Below are positions 18,865 through 27,465 of a DNA stretch of 37,100 nucleotides, one piece after another. The stretch is from an uncultured bacterium. Its GTDB lineage: Bacteria > Auribacterota > UBA6266. Numbering within the stretch: the stretch's first letter is position 1; every line of letters begins with the position of its first letter. The translations under genes were made by a program, and so were the position numbers. The notes under the pieces were generated by a model, which was not told the DNA's origin, ran no database searches, and was given only the letters and a program-made list of their open reading frames with translations. Where the stretch lies: positions 1 to 37,100 of the forward strand of contig CBDURG010000002.1 in the NCBI GenBank assembly GCA_965369805.1, written 5' to 3'.

Positions 18865-20268
18865 TTATTTCTTCAATAACATTCTCAACTTCTGCATCTG
18901 ATAACGAAGCGCGTGCCTGCTTAATTTGAGAATTTTCGCGGCTTTAGCGACATTACCTTCCGACTTCTTTATCGCGAGTTTGATCAGCCCGGCCTCATAA
19001 TTCGAGACCTCTTCCTGATAATCAATCCCCGATTCCGGAAGTTTCACCGCCGCTTCTTCTTTTACTCTTCTTTTACCCGGCTTTACAATTCCTTCGGGGA
19101 TGCTTTGTAAACCTATCTTATTCGATTTCTCAAGGACAACCGACTTCTCAATAGCATTCTCCAGTTCTGAAACATTTCCGGGCCAACTATATTTAACAAA
19201 CACTTCCTTTACAGAAGGCTCAAAACCATTAATAGCCTTACCCGTAAGGACAGCATATTTCTTTAAAAAATAGTCCATCAAAAAAGGCATATCCTCCTGC
19301 CGTTCTCTTAAAGGAGGGATTTTAATATTTATAACATTAAGCCGATAGAAAAGGTCTTCTCTGCACCTGCCTTTCTCCACTTCCTTTTTCAGATCCCTGG
19401 TTGTCGCGGCAACAACTCTGACGTCAACTTTTATCTCTTTACTGCCTCCGTTCCTGACGCACTTTTGGTATTTAAGAACATTCAACAGCTTTTTCTGAAG
19501 CCTGGCCGGCATATCGCCGACTTCATTAATATACAATGTTCCACTTTGAGCAACCTCAAAACAGGACTTTTTTGATCCCAAAGGGGCGGATACGGCGCTC
19601 TTCTCGTAGCCAAATAGCTCAATTTCAAGAGCTTCATCTGAAACATCCGCGCAGTTCACGCTGAAGAAGGGATTGCCCCCTCTTGCGCTGTGAAAATGCA
19701 GTGCCCGCGCCATAAGTTCCTTGCCCGTGCCGTCCTCACCTTCTATAAGAACAGGTGAAGATGTAGGAGCAACGACATAAATCAGTTTGCAAACTTCCTG
19801 CATCCGACCTGAGTTCCCCACAACTCCCCTGAGGCCTGTTTCATTTGACAGCTCTCCCATAAGCCTTTTATTTTCCAAAATGAGCCTGTTGTGCTCAAGG
19901 CCTCGTTTTACGATTATCAAAAACTCCTCCGGGTCAAACGGTTTTGATATATAGTCAAACGCTCCATCTTTTATCGCCTTCACGGCAAGTTTGGGAGTCG
20001 CGTAAGCGGTAATCATTATAAATTCGGTATCAGGAAAATCCTTTTTCACTCTATTCATAAATTCAAATCCGTCAAGCCCCTTCATCTTCGCGTCAGTAAT
20101 TATGAGATTGAATTTTTCCTTATCACAAATTGAAAGTGCCTGCTCGGCACTCAACGCGGTTACGACACTGTATCCGTTCCTTCTTAAGATAGTACAAAGG
20201 GTTTCAAGCATACCTTTTTCATCATCAACAATCATTATCTTGCTGTTTAAGATATTATTTTTTGCCAT
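18865..20268 (-). CDS. NtrC/PilR-family response regulator (REC-AAA+-Fis HTH) with degenerate sigma54-interaction motif
   Basis: REC domain (VDDE, TDAKM, TAY, KPF), GEDGTGKE, ELFGYEKSAVSAP, LYINE, REDLFYRL, WPGNV, C-terminal HTH. Confidence 0.9.
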   Translation of the reverse strand: MAKNNILNSKIMIVDDEKGMLETLCTILRRNGYSVVTALSAEQALSICDKEKFNLIITDAKMKGLDGFEFMNRVKKDFPDTEFIMITAYATPKLAVKAIKDGAFDYISKPFDPEEFLIIVKRGLEHNRLILENKRLMGELSNETGLRGVVGNSGRMQEVCKLIYVVAPTSSPVLIEGEDGTGKELMARALHFHSARGGNPFFSVNCADVSDEALEIELFGYEKSAVSAPLGSKKSCFEVAQSGTLYINEVGDMPARLQKKLLNVLKYQKCVRNGGSKEIKVDVRVVAATTRDLKKEVEKGRCREDLFYRLNVINIKIPPLRERQEDMPFLMDYFLKKYAVLTGKAINGFEPSVKEVFVKYSWPGNVSELENAIEKSVVLEKSNKIGLQSIPEGIVKPGKRRVKEEAAVKLPESGIDYQEEVSNYEAGLIKLAIKKSEGNVAKAAKILKLSRHALRYQMQKLRMLLKK

Positions 20269-21553
20269 TTTTAAAAACCGTCCTTATTGGAAGGGTGACA
20301 ATCACTTTCGTACCTTTCTTACTGCTTCGCAAAGATATTTCTCCATTATATGTTTCAACTATGGATTTAACAATAGCCAGCCCAAGCCCGGTTCCCTTCG
20401 GCTTTGTTGTCACAAAAGGATCAAAAACCTTATCTTTTAAATCCTCATCTATTCCTTTGCCGGTATCTTTAAAATATATAACAATTCTGTCCGGCGGAGA
20501 AAAATAATCAGTTTCTATACTCAAAGTACCTCCATCCGGCATAGCCTGTTTCGCGTTTGTAACTATATTGGTTATAATCTGCCTCATCTGCAAAACATCA
20601 AAATAGATAGATGGAATATCCTTCCTGTAGTTTCTTATGATTGTAACATTTTCAAGGAATATTTCCGGATTCAGGCTTTCAATTACTTCATCTATACACG
20701 AATTAACATCCACTTTTTCTATCTTTCCTTCAGAAAGGCGGGAATAATTCAACAAGTCGCTGATTATCCTATCGGACCGCATGGTTTCACGTTTTATAAC
20801 TCCAACCTGCTTTTTTGTTAAATCAGAAGATGCTTCAGGAGAATTCTCCAGCAGATACGCCGCATTCATAATTATTCCAAGAGGATTTTTCAGCTCATGG
20901 GCAATGCTCGCGGCAAGCTTTCCCGCAAGCGAAAGCTTTTCCGATCTGAGAGTCATTTCCTGGAATTCTTCGCCTCTCTTCCTCTGATAAACCAAAATAG
21001 TATATATGCCCCAGCAACAAACGCTTACAAGGATAAGAACAGCCACTTTAAGCCAGAAAATCTGGTTTGACAGAAAAGCCGCGGTCTGATCGTGCGAATA
21101 AATAGCAATAATATAAAAAAGTATAAAACTAAGGTTTATCATTGACTGCGTTCTTATGCGGGGAAAATCAACCGCGTTACGTATTATAAGACCGCAGTAC
21201 AGCCAGTAAAACTCGCTTTCAAGGCCCGTCGTAAAATAGATTAAAAAGCTTAAAAACAAATTATCAATTATAGAAAGAAAAAAAGCTGAAAGCTGAACTG
21301 CTTTAAAATTAAATTTTCTCTGCCCGATTTTTATAAGGACAAGCATGAAAAAAAGGTTGCCAAGAACATACATCCAGAACTGATATCTATGAAAAGCGAA
21401 CTTTAATTCATGGGCTTCTCTCACCGACCATAAAAAAAAGGCCAGGATCAGAATCGCAAGGAACTTAGCAGGAAACATTATATATTTTTCAACTATAATT
21501 ATCCTGTGAAAGTGTCTGATTTTTTCGTCTGCGGTAATCCGGATTGCTTTCAT
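20255..21553 (-). CDS. membrane sensor histidine kinase (PilS-like architecture)
   Basis: About 6 N-terminal TM segments with no large periplasmic domain; H-box AHELKNPL, N-box NAKQAM, DTGKGI, FDPFVTTK, GTGLGL. Confidence 0.92.
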   Translation of the reverse strand: MKAIRITADEKIRHFHRIIIVEKYIMFPAKFLAILILAFFLWSVREAHELKFAFHRYQFWMYVLGNLFFMLVLIKIGQRKFNFKAVQLSAFFLSIIDNLFLSFLIYFTTGLESEFYWLYCGLIIRNAVDFPRIRTQSMINLSFILFYIIAIYSHDQTAAFLSNQIFWLKVAVLILVSVCCWGIYTILVYQRKRGEEFQEMTLRSEKLSLAGKLAASIAHELKNPLGIIMNAAYLLENSPEASSDLTKKQVGVIKRETMRSDRIISDLLNYSRLSEGKIEKVDVNSCIDEVIESLNPEIFLENVTIIRNYRKDIPSIYFDVLQMRQIITNIVTNAKQAMPDGGTLSIETDYFSPPDRIVIYFKDTGKGIDEDLKDKVFDPFVTTKPKGTGLGLAIVKSIVETYNGEISLRSSKKGTKVIVTLPIRTVFKNGKK

Positions 21554-21559
21554 GGAAGA

Positions 21560-22357
21560 TTAGGTTCCTTCAACAAGGCTTTTTATGTACTCCTCTGTGG
21601 AATCTTTCGCGGAAATGGAGGTTGCCTCCAATGAACCTGTTACAAACTGCTGAACATAAGGATTGTTTGAATTCTTAATCTGGTCAGAGGTACCAAGCTC
21701 AATCACCCTGCCTTTGAATAAAACAGCCATTTTATCGGCAATCCTGAACGCGCTTTGCATTTCATGAGTTACCACCACGGATGTCATGCCAAGCTTCTTG
21801 CTTAAATCCATGATAAGTTTGTCAATAACAGCGGCAACAATAGGGTCGAGGCCGGCACCGGGCTCATCATAAAAGACTATGTGGGGATCAAGAGCTATAG
21901 CACGGGCAAGAGCCGCTCTTTTTTTCATGCCTCCGCTTATCTCCGCGGGCATTTTATTTTCAAAACCAACAAGCCCTACCTGCGCAATTTTCATTTTAAC
22001 TATTATCCCAATTATGCGTTTATCCAGTTTGGTATGTTCCTTAAGCGGTAAAGCTACATTTTCTCCAAGCGTTAGAGAGTTTAAAAGAGCTCCGCCCTGG
22101 TACAACATACCGAATTTACGCCTGACCACATCAAGCTCGTTGTCAGTCATATGGGTAATCTCATCTCCATCAATATAAACTTCCCCATCATCGGGTTTAA
22201 GCTGTCCGATCAATATTTTGAGCAGCGTGCTCTTGCCGCAACCGCTCCCTCCCATAATCACCATGGTTTGACCCTTTTCTATCTTGAGGTTAATACCATC
22301 AAGTACCCGGCGATTATCGTATATCTTAACCAGATTTTTTACTTCTATTATTGCCAT
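21560..22357 (-). CDS. mlaF: MlaF/Mkl-family ABC transporter ATPase
   Basis: GGSGCGKS, FGMLYQGGALLNSL, ISGGMKKR, YDEPGAGLDP, VVVTHE. Confidence 0.85.
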   Translation of the reverse strand: MAIIEVKNLVKIYDNRRVLDGINLKIEKGQTMVIMGGSGCGKSTLLKILIGQLKPDDGEVYIDGDEITHMTDNELDVVRRKFGMLYQGGALLNSLTLGENVALPLKEHTKLDKRIIGIIVKMKIAQVGLVGFENKMPAEISGGMKKRAALARAIALDPHIVFYDEPGAGLDPIVAAVIDKLIMDLSKKLGMTSVVVTHEMQSAFRIADKMAVLFKGRVIELGTSDQIKNSNNPYVQQFVTGSLEATSISAKDSTEEYIKSLVEGT

Positions 22358-22364
22358 TTTTCTC

Positions 22365-23156
22365 CTAAATAAAATAAAACCAGGCGTTAAACAAGCAATC
22401 TATAATGATTATAAACATAATTGATTGAACAACTGACTTAGTGGTGGAAATCCCAACCCCGGCGGAACCGCCCCTGACAGTAAGCCCATGATAACACCCT
22501 ATCATGGCTATAACAACCGCAAAGGCAACGCTTTTTAGCAGCCCCGTGCAGATATCTTTAAGGACCAGGCAATCAAACGTAAGCTTAAGATAATAGGCTG
22601 AATTCAGATGTAAATTAAAGCGGCCTATGACATATCCGCCCAACATCCCGACACAGTTAGCAACAATAGTCAGGCAGGGCAGCATGATAACAAGAGCAAG
22701 AAATCTGGGAACCACCAGAAACCTTATGGGTTTTAATGCCATGGTTTCAAGGGCATCAACCTCTTCGGATACAGTCATTGTCCCTATTTCCGCGGTTATA
22801 GCAGACCCCACTCTTGAAGCCACAACCACCGCGGCCAGGAAAGGGCCCAACTCCCTTGTAAACGAAACCCCGACAAGCCCGGCCATAAGCTCCTGGGTTC
22901 CTACCTGCTTCAACTGGTAAGATGTGAGCATTGCCAGCGTAATCCCGAAGAAAAAATTTACAAGGGCCACAATCGGAACGGACCCGACACCTATCAGGTT
23001 CATCTGAGCAAAAACCGCACCCGGCTTCAACATCTGGCCTTTAAAAGGCGCTATAAAAATCCAGTAAAGCGTCTGCATAAAAATCTTCCAGATGCTTCCA
23101 AGATGCCTGAAAAAATTCAAAGTTGGTTTGCCTAAACTCCCGAGAAAATCCTTCAT
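22365..23156 (-). CDS. mlaE: MlaE-family ABC transporter permease
   Basis: RELGP, RVGSAITAEIGTM..SEEVDALE, VVPR, GGSAGVGISTT.SVV. Confidence 0.9.
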   Translation of the reverse strand: MKDFLGSLGKPTLNFFRHLGSIWKIFMQTLYWIFIAPFKGQMLKPGAVFAQMNLIGVGSVPIVALVNFFFGITLAMLTSYQLKQVGTQELMAGLVGVSFTRELGPFLAAVVVASRVGSAITAEIGTMTVSEEVDALETMALKPIRFLVVPRFLALVIMLPCLTIVANCVGMLGGYVIGRFNLHLNSAYYLKLTFDCLVLKDICTGLLKSVAFAVVIAMIGCYHGLTVRGGSAGVGISTTKSVVQSIMFIIIIDCLFNAWFYFI

Positions 23157-23165
23157 CCAATTCTC

Positions 23166-23498
23166 CTAAAAAGCATTTATAGCCTCTTCTCTTGTCTTAT
23201 ATATCGAAAAAATTGAATCAAGTTTCGCTATCTCGAATATACCCCTGGTAGCATCATTCATACAGCAAAGCTTAAGGACACCATCATACATGTGCATTTT
23301 TTGAAAAACCTCGATAAGTGTGGCTAAGCCGGCACTGCTAATGTACCCCACATCCGCAAAATCGATAAGCAATTTCTTTTTCTGTTCCTTTAAAATTTCC
23401 GCAAAAAAATCACGTGCCTTAGGAGAAGTATATGAATCAACATCTCCTTTGATCTCGACTATTTCTATTCCTCCGCTGGAGACCCTTTTCAAATCCAT
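23166..23498 (-). CDS. STAS-domain anti-anti-sigma factor (RsbV/SpoIIAA-like)
   Basis: GDVDS, D...V.YISSAGL with the conserved phospho-Ser; start placed at MDLK behind a GGAG RBS. Confidence 0.88.
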   Translation of the reverse strand: MDLKRVSSGGIEIVEIKGDVDSYTSPKARDFFAEILKEQKKKLLIDFADVGYISSAGLATLIEVFQKMHMYDGVLKLCCMNDATRGIFEIAKLDSIFSIYKTREEAINAF

Positions 23499-23569
23499 AA
23501 ACTCTCCTTCCATTTCATTCATCCGCAGCCGGAAATCAACAACCCGGATAAAAAAGCAAACTTACACCC

Positions 23570-23998
23570 CTATGGGCTTTTAAGGCGTTTTACCATTATA
23601 AGTTCATTTCCATCTTCATTATCCAGGTTATACATCACACTATCCATAACTTTTTTCATCAAAAAAATCCCTAACCCGCGTGGTTTTATGTCATCCAACT
23701 TTCTCCCCCAAAGTTTCACAGGGTCGAGTTTTTTTCCATAATCCCCCAACAGAATCTCTATCTCTTCATCCTTCAAAGATAGTTTTACAAAAATATCCTT
23801 TGTTTTATCGCCGCCGTAAGCATGTTCTATAATATTGGCACACGCTTCGTCAACCGCAAGAACCATATCATCTATATCTTTGCGCGGAAACTCCGCGATA
23901 ACAGCAACTTCCCTTATTACTGACCTGATTAGTTTAAGATATTTGTCATCACTTTTCACCTTAAGAATAACTTGATTATGTCCAATATTCACTTCCAT
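23570..23998 (-). CDS. RsbW/SpoIIAB-like anti-sigma Ser kinase (HATPase)
   Basis: LAVDEACANIIEHAY, DYG, RGLGIFLM..VMD, GNELIM. Confidence 0.9.
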   Translation of the reverse strand: MEVNIGHNQVILKVKSDDKYLKLIRSVIREVAVIAEFPRKDIDDMVLAVDEACANIIEHAYGGDKTKDIFVKLSLKDEEIEILLGDYGKKLDPVKLWGRKLDDIKPRGLGIFLMKKVMDSVMYNLDNEDGNELIMVKRLKSP

Positions 23999-24019
23999 AA
24001 TAACCCCATACTTAATAAC

Positions 24020-25342
24020 TCAATGTTTCAATGTTGCAGCGACCAGTGTTAAATCATCATGCTGCGGAGCTCCCTTTGAAAAATCAACAACCTTATCAAG
24101 GATACACTCAATTGCTTTTTCGGGATTAATGTTCCTGTCTTTTATAATATCAAAAAATCTCTTTTTCCCAAACTCTTCCCTGGATATATTTCTCGCTTCA
24201 ATAATCCCATCCGTATAACCGATTATGGTTTCGCCGCCTTTTAACTCCAGAACCGTTTCCCCAAATTTCACATCCGGGACAACCCCAACAGGAAGCGCCT
24301 GCTTACAAACAGCTTCACTGATGTTACCCCTGCCATCGCGAATCAGAAAAGGGTAATGCCCGGCATTCACAGATGTAAGAGTTTTCTGTCTTAAATCAAC
24401 CATACCGATAAGAAGGGTTATAAACATCCCAAGAATGCTTTTCTCCACTAAAATGTTATTTATCTTTTCCATAAGTTTTCCGGGTTTAGCTAAGTTAGCT
24501 AAGAGAGAAGCATGAAATCTTATTTCGCTCATAGCTTTAACCATAAAAAGGGCCGCGGGTACACCCTTTCCCGAAACGTCTCCGACAACAATTCCAACCC
24601 GTCCGGCGCCAAAATCGAGAAAATCATAAAAATCCCCCCCGAGCTCCAGCGCGGGAATGTTTTTTGCGTCAAATAACAAACCGTCATACTCCGGAAATTT
24701 GGAAGACAGAAAATTTTGCTGTATCTGATGTCCAATTTTCAGTTCATCTTCAACTCTTTGCTTTTCAAGGAGACTCGCGTGCATCCTCGCGTTCTCAATC
24801 GCTATGGCAGCCATACTGGAAAAATTTTCCAAAAGCTTCTGGTCTTCTGAATCAAATCCCTTCTTATGTTTGGGGTTCAAGACCTGAAGAACCCCAATTG
24901 TTGTATCCTTTACCTTCAAAGGAACACATAAAACGGCCCGTGTCTTAAACCCTGAATATTCATCAGCTCTTTTAAAATGTCTCGGGTCATTCTCCACATC
25001 ATTTATTAAAACCGGTTTTTTTTCTTTGGCAACCCAGCCGGCTATTCCCTTCCCCAATTCAAGCCTGATTTCTTTCACTTTGTCGCCTGATTTTCCATGA
25101 GCTATCTTAAAAACCAGTTCTTTTGCGCTCTTGTCTATCAGCATAAGAGCGCTTGCTTCTACCTCCATAATTTTTCCCGCAACTTTCATAGCGCGATCAA
25201 GAAGTTCGTCTATATCAAGAGTGGAGTTTATTATCTCACTAACAGCAAACAGCTTCTTGAAATCTGATAATTTCTGCTGTAATTTTTCTAAATTTCTTCC
25301 CTTTTCAGCCGCGTCAGTCAATTCTCTTCCCTTTAACCCCAT
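24020..25342 (-). CDS. GAF-domain PP2C/SpoIIE Ser phosphatase (RsbU-like)
   Basis: N-terminal GAF domain; GGDFYD, GDVSGKG, NAGH, YTDG, DDLT. Confidence 0.92.
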   Translation of the reverse strand: MGLKGRELTDAAEKGRNLEKLQQKLSDFKKLFAVSEIINSTLDIDELLDRAMKVAGKIMEVEASALMLIDKSAKELVFKIAHGKSGDKVKEIRLELGKGIAGWVAKEKKPVLINDVENDPRHFKRADEYSGFKTRAVLCVPLKVKDTTIGVLQVLNPKHKKGFDSEDQKLLENFSSMAAIAIENARMHASLLEKQRVEDELKIGHQIQQNFLSSKFPEYDGLLFDAKNIPALELGGDFYDFLDFGAGRVGIVVGDVSGKGVPAALFMVKAMSEIRFHASLLANLAKPGKLMEKINNILVEKSILGMFITLLIGMVDLRQKTLTSVNAGHYPFLIRDGRGNISEAVCKQALPVGVVPDVKFGETVLELKGGETIIGYTDGIIEARNISREEFGKKRFFDIIKDRNINPEKAIECILDKVVDFSKGAPQHDDLTLVAATLKH

Positions 25343-27251
25343 ATATCCTAACCTTTTTGTCTTTCCCCTTTACTGAAACCTCATCCAGGAAATTTATCTC
25401 AAAATCATCCTTTACACAATTATAAGTTGACTCAGCTACTATAACCCTGTAAGGATATTCCCTTGTAAGAGCCTGAACTCTCGATGCAAGATTTACATTA
25501 TCCCCGACAACAGTATAGTCATAGAACCGGCTTGAACCCATATTTCCAACCATCATAAGCCCGGTATTGATCCCAATTCCAATGCCTATAGGCTCAATCC
25601 CTTTTTCAACAAATTCCCTTTGAAGTACCTTCAGTTCTTCGAGCATATCAAGGGCGGCAAGAACCGCGAGTTTCGCATGGCCTTTTTGTTCTACCGGAGC
25701 ATTCCAAAAAGCCATAATTTCATCACCAATATATTTATCAAATGTCCCATCATGTGAAAGTATAACCCTGGTCATCCTGTCCAGGTATTCGTTAAGCACC
25801 GGAACTACCTCTTCAGGGGCTTTTTTCTCACAATAAGGAGTAAAACCCTTAATATCGGCGAACAACACTGTAATATCCTTCCTTTCACCGTGAAGATTCA
25901 ACTTTGAGGGATCCCGCAAAAGCATTTCCATTATATTATTTGAAATATACCGTCCAAGGATTTTCTTAACATACTTTTTATCTTTTGACTCAACCATATA
26001 TTTGTATACAACAGCGCTTCCAAAACAGATGCTCATAGCCGTATATGGAGCAACAATATCTATATACAAATTATGGTTTATAAAAAACCAGAAAGCAGCT
26101 AATATAAACCCCGCGACAAAAACAACCGAACATGTAACATAAAACCATGCCCTATCGGAAAGTTGAATAAAACCGACAGCACCGGAAAGCAATAAAATTA
26201 TCAGCAGGTTCCACGCAAAAAGAGGATTTTTTATATAATCCTTTAAAAGCACTGTATTCAAAGCATTGGCATGAATAAGCAATAACGGGAACTTCTCCGG
26301 TGAAATAGGAATGAGGCCTATATCATATCCGCCTGTCATACCAACACCGTAAATAACCATCTTCTCAGAATAATCTAATAAAGGAACAACCGGGGGTTTA
26401 CCCTCTGACATTAACTTGTCTGAATTTAATATCTGTATCGCGGGATCTCCCTTAAATTCTTTTAAACCACCCCGAAAATTAATCCTCAAATTCCCGCGTT
26501 TATCAACAGGAATTTTTATGTCGGTGCCGGAGATAGAAATAACACCTTTCTCAATTCTTATATCAGATATTTCTTTATTCAAGAACCTGCAAAGAAGCAC
26601 GAGGGAAAAAGAAGGATAAACACTCCCGGAATATTTTATAAGCAATGGCGCTTTTCTAACCACGCCGTCAGATTCCTCGGGAGCATTGGTGAAGCCCAGT
26701 AATCCACAATTTCTCAGCTCAGCAACAGGAAGCTGATAACTCTCTGCCCCTGGAATTTTGTTTACAAAATCATCATTAACAATATTCAGCCGGTACTTGT
26801 CCAGAGTCCCATCCGATTCCTCTTTAATATAGTCCCTATAATAAATCCCTTTGTCATCTTGTTTCATTCTGAAATAATAGGGCAAGATAGTTCTTCCTGT
26901 AAGGGATGTACAATATTTAAGCGCCTCAAGACCTTTTTTCTGACTCTCGTATGATTCAAATCTTATATCAACGCCAACCGCCGCGACATTTGTCCGGGCC
27001 AGAAAATTTAAAACCCCGGCATGATTAATCCATGGCCACGGCCATTTATCACCGCGCTGGACAGACTGGTCGTCAACAACAATTATTCTTATAGTATCGG
27101 AAATATTTTCCCCCACACCCATTTTCATCATATAGTCATAAAAAATATTCTTGAAGTGACGAATAGGAGGAGTAAGGCAAAAAAGATACCCTGAAAGGGC
27201 AGAAAGAATCGGTATTATTAAGCATATCACTAATATTTTTGATTTCTTCAT
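25314..27251 (-). CDS. CHASE2-domain class III adenylate cyclase
   Basis: N-terminal TM, CHASE2 (WPWP, DGVVR, HANALN), 3 TMs, then the catalytic domain FADIKGFT, DKYIGD, DYTVVGD.VNLASR. The Lys/Thr specificity residues point to ATP. Start moved to MKKSK at 27251 because the longer ORF overlaps the divergent gene. Confidence 0.9.
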   Translation of the reverse strand: MKKSKILVICLIIPILSALSGYLFCLTPPIRHFKNIFYDYMMKMGVGENISDTIRIIVVDDQSVQRGDKWPWPWINHAGVLNFLARTNVAAVGVDIRFESYESQKKGLEALKYCTSLTGRTILPYYFRMKQDDKGIYYRDYIKEESDGTLDKYRLNIVNDDFVNKIPGAESYQLPVAELRNCGLLGFTNAPEESDGVVRKAPLLIKYSGSVYPSFSLVLLCRFLNKEISDIRIEKGVISISGTDIKIPVDKRGNLRINFRGGLKEFKGDPAIQILNSDKLMSEGKPPVVPLLDYSEKMVIYGVGMTGGYDIGLIPISPEKFPLLLIHANALNTVLLKDYIKNPLFAWNLLIILLLSGAVGFIQLSDRAWFYVTCSVVFVAGFILAAFWFFINHNLYIDIVAPYTAMSICFGSAVVYKYMVESKDKKYVKKILGRYISNNIMEMLLRDPSKLNLHGERKDITVLFADIKGFTPYCEKKAPEEVVPVLNEYLDRMTRVILSHDGTFDKYIGDEIMAFWNAPVEQKGHAKLAVLAALDMLEELKVLQREFVEKGIEPIGIGIGINTGLMMVGNMGSSRFYDYTVVGDNVNLASRVQALTREYPYRVIVAESTYNCVKDDFEINFLDEVSVKGKDKKVRIYGVKGKRID

Positions 27252-27465
27252 ATACGCATACAAGGTTAACACAGAATAATTCAGATTAGTATAAATTTGT
27301 CTAAGGATAAAGAAGAAGGGAATATCTGAGGTAAAAATATGAAAAACCCCAAATAAATTTGCTTGTCTGTCATCATGTTTAACGCTATCATACGTGAAAG
27401 AGAAGTGATAATCAGCTCTCCTATATGGCGGGCCGGCAAAAAAATATCCAAGGGGATAATACACT

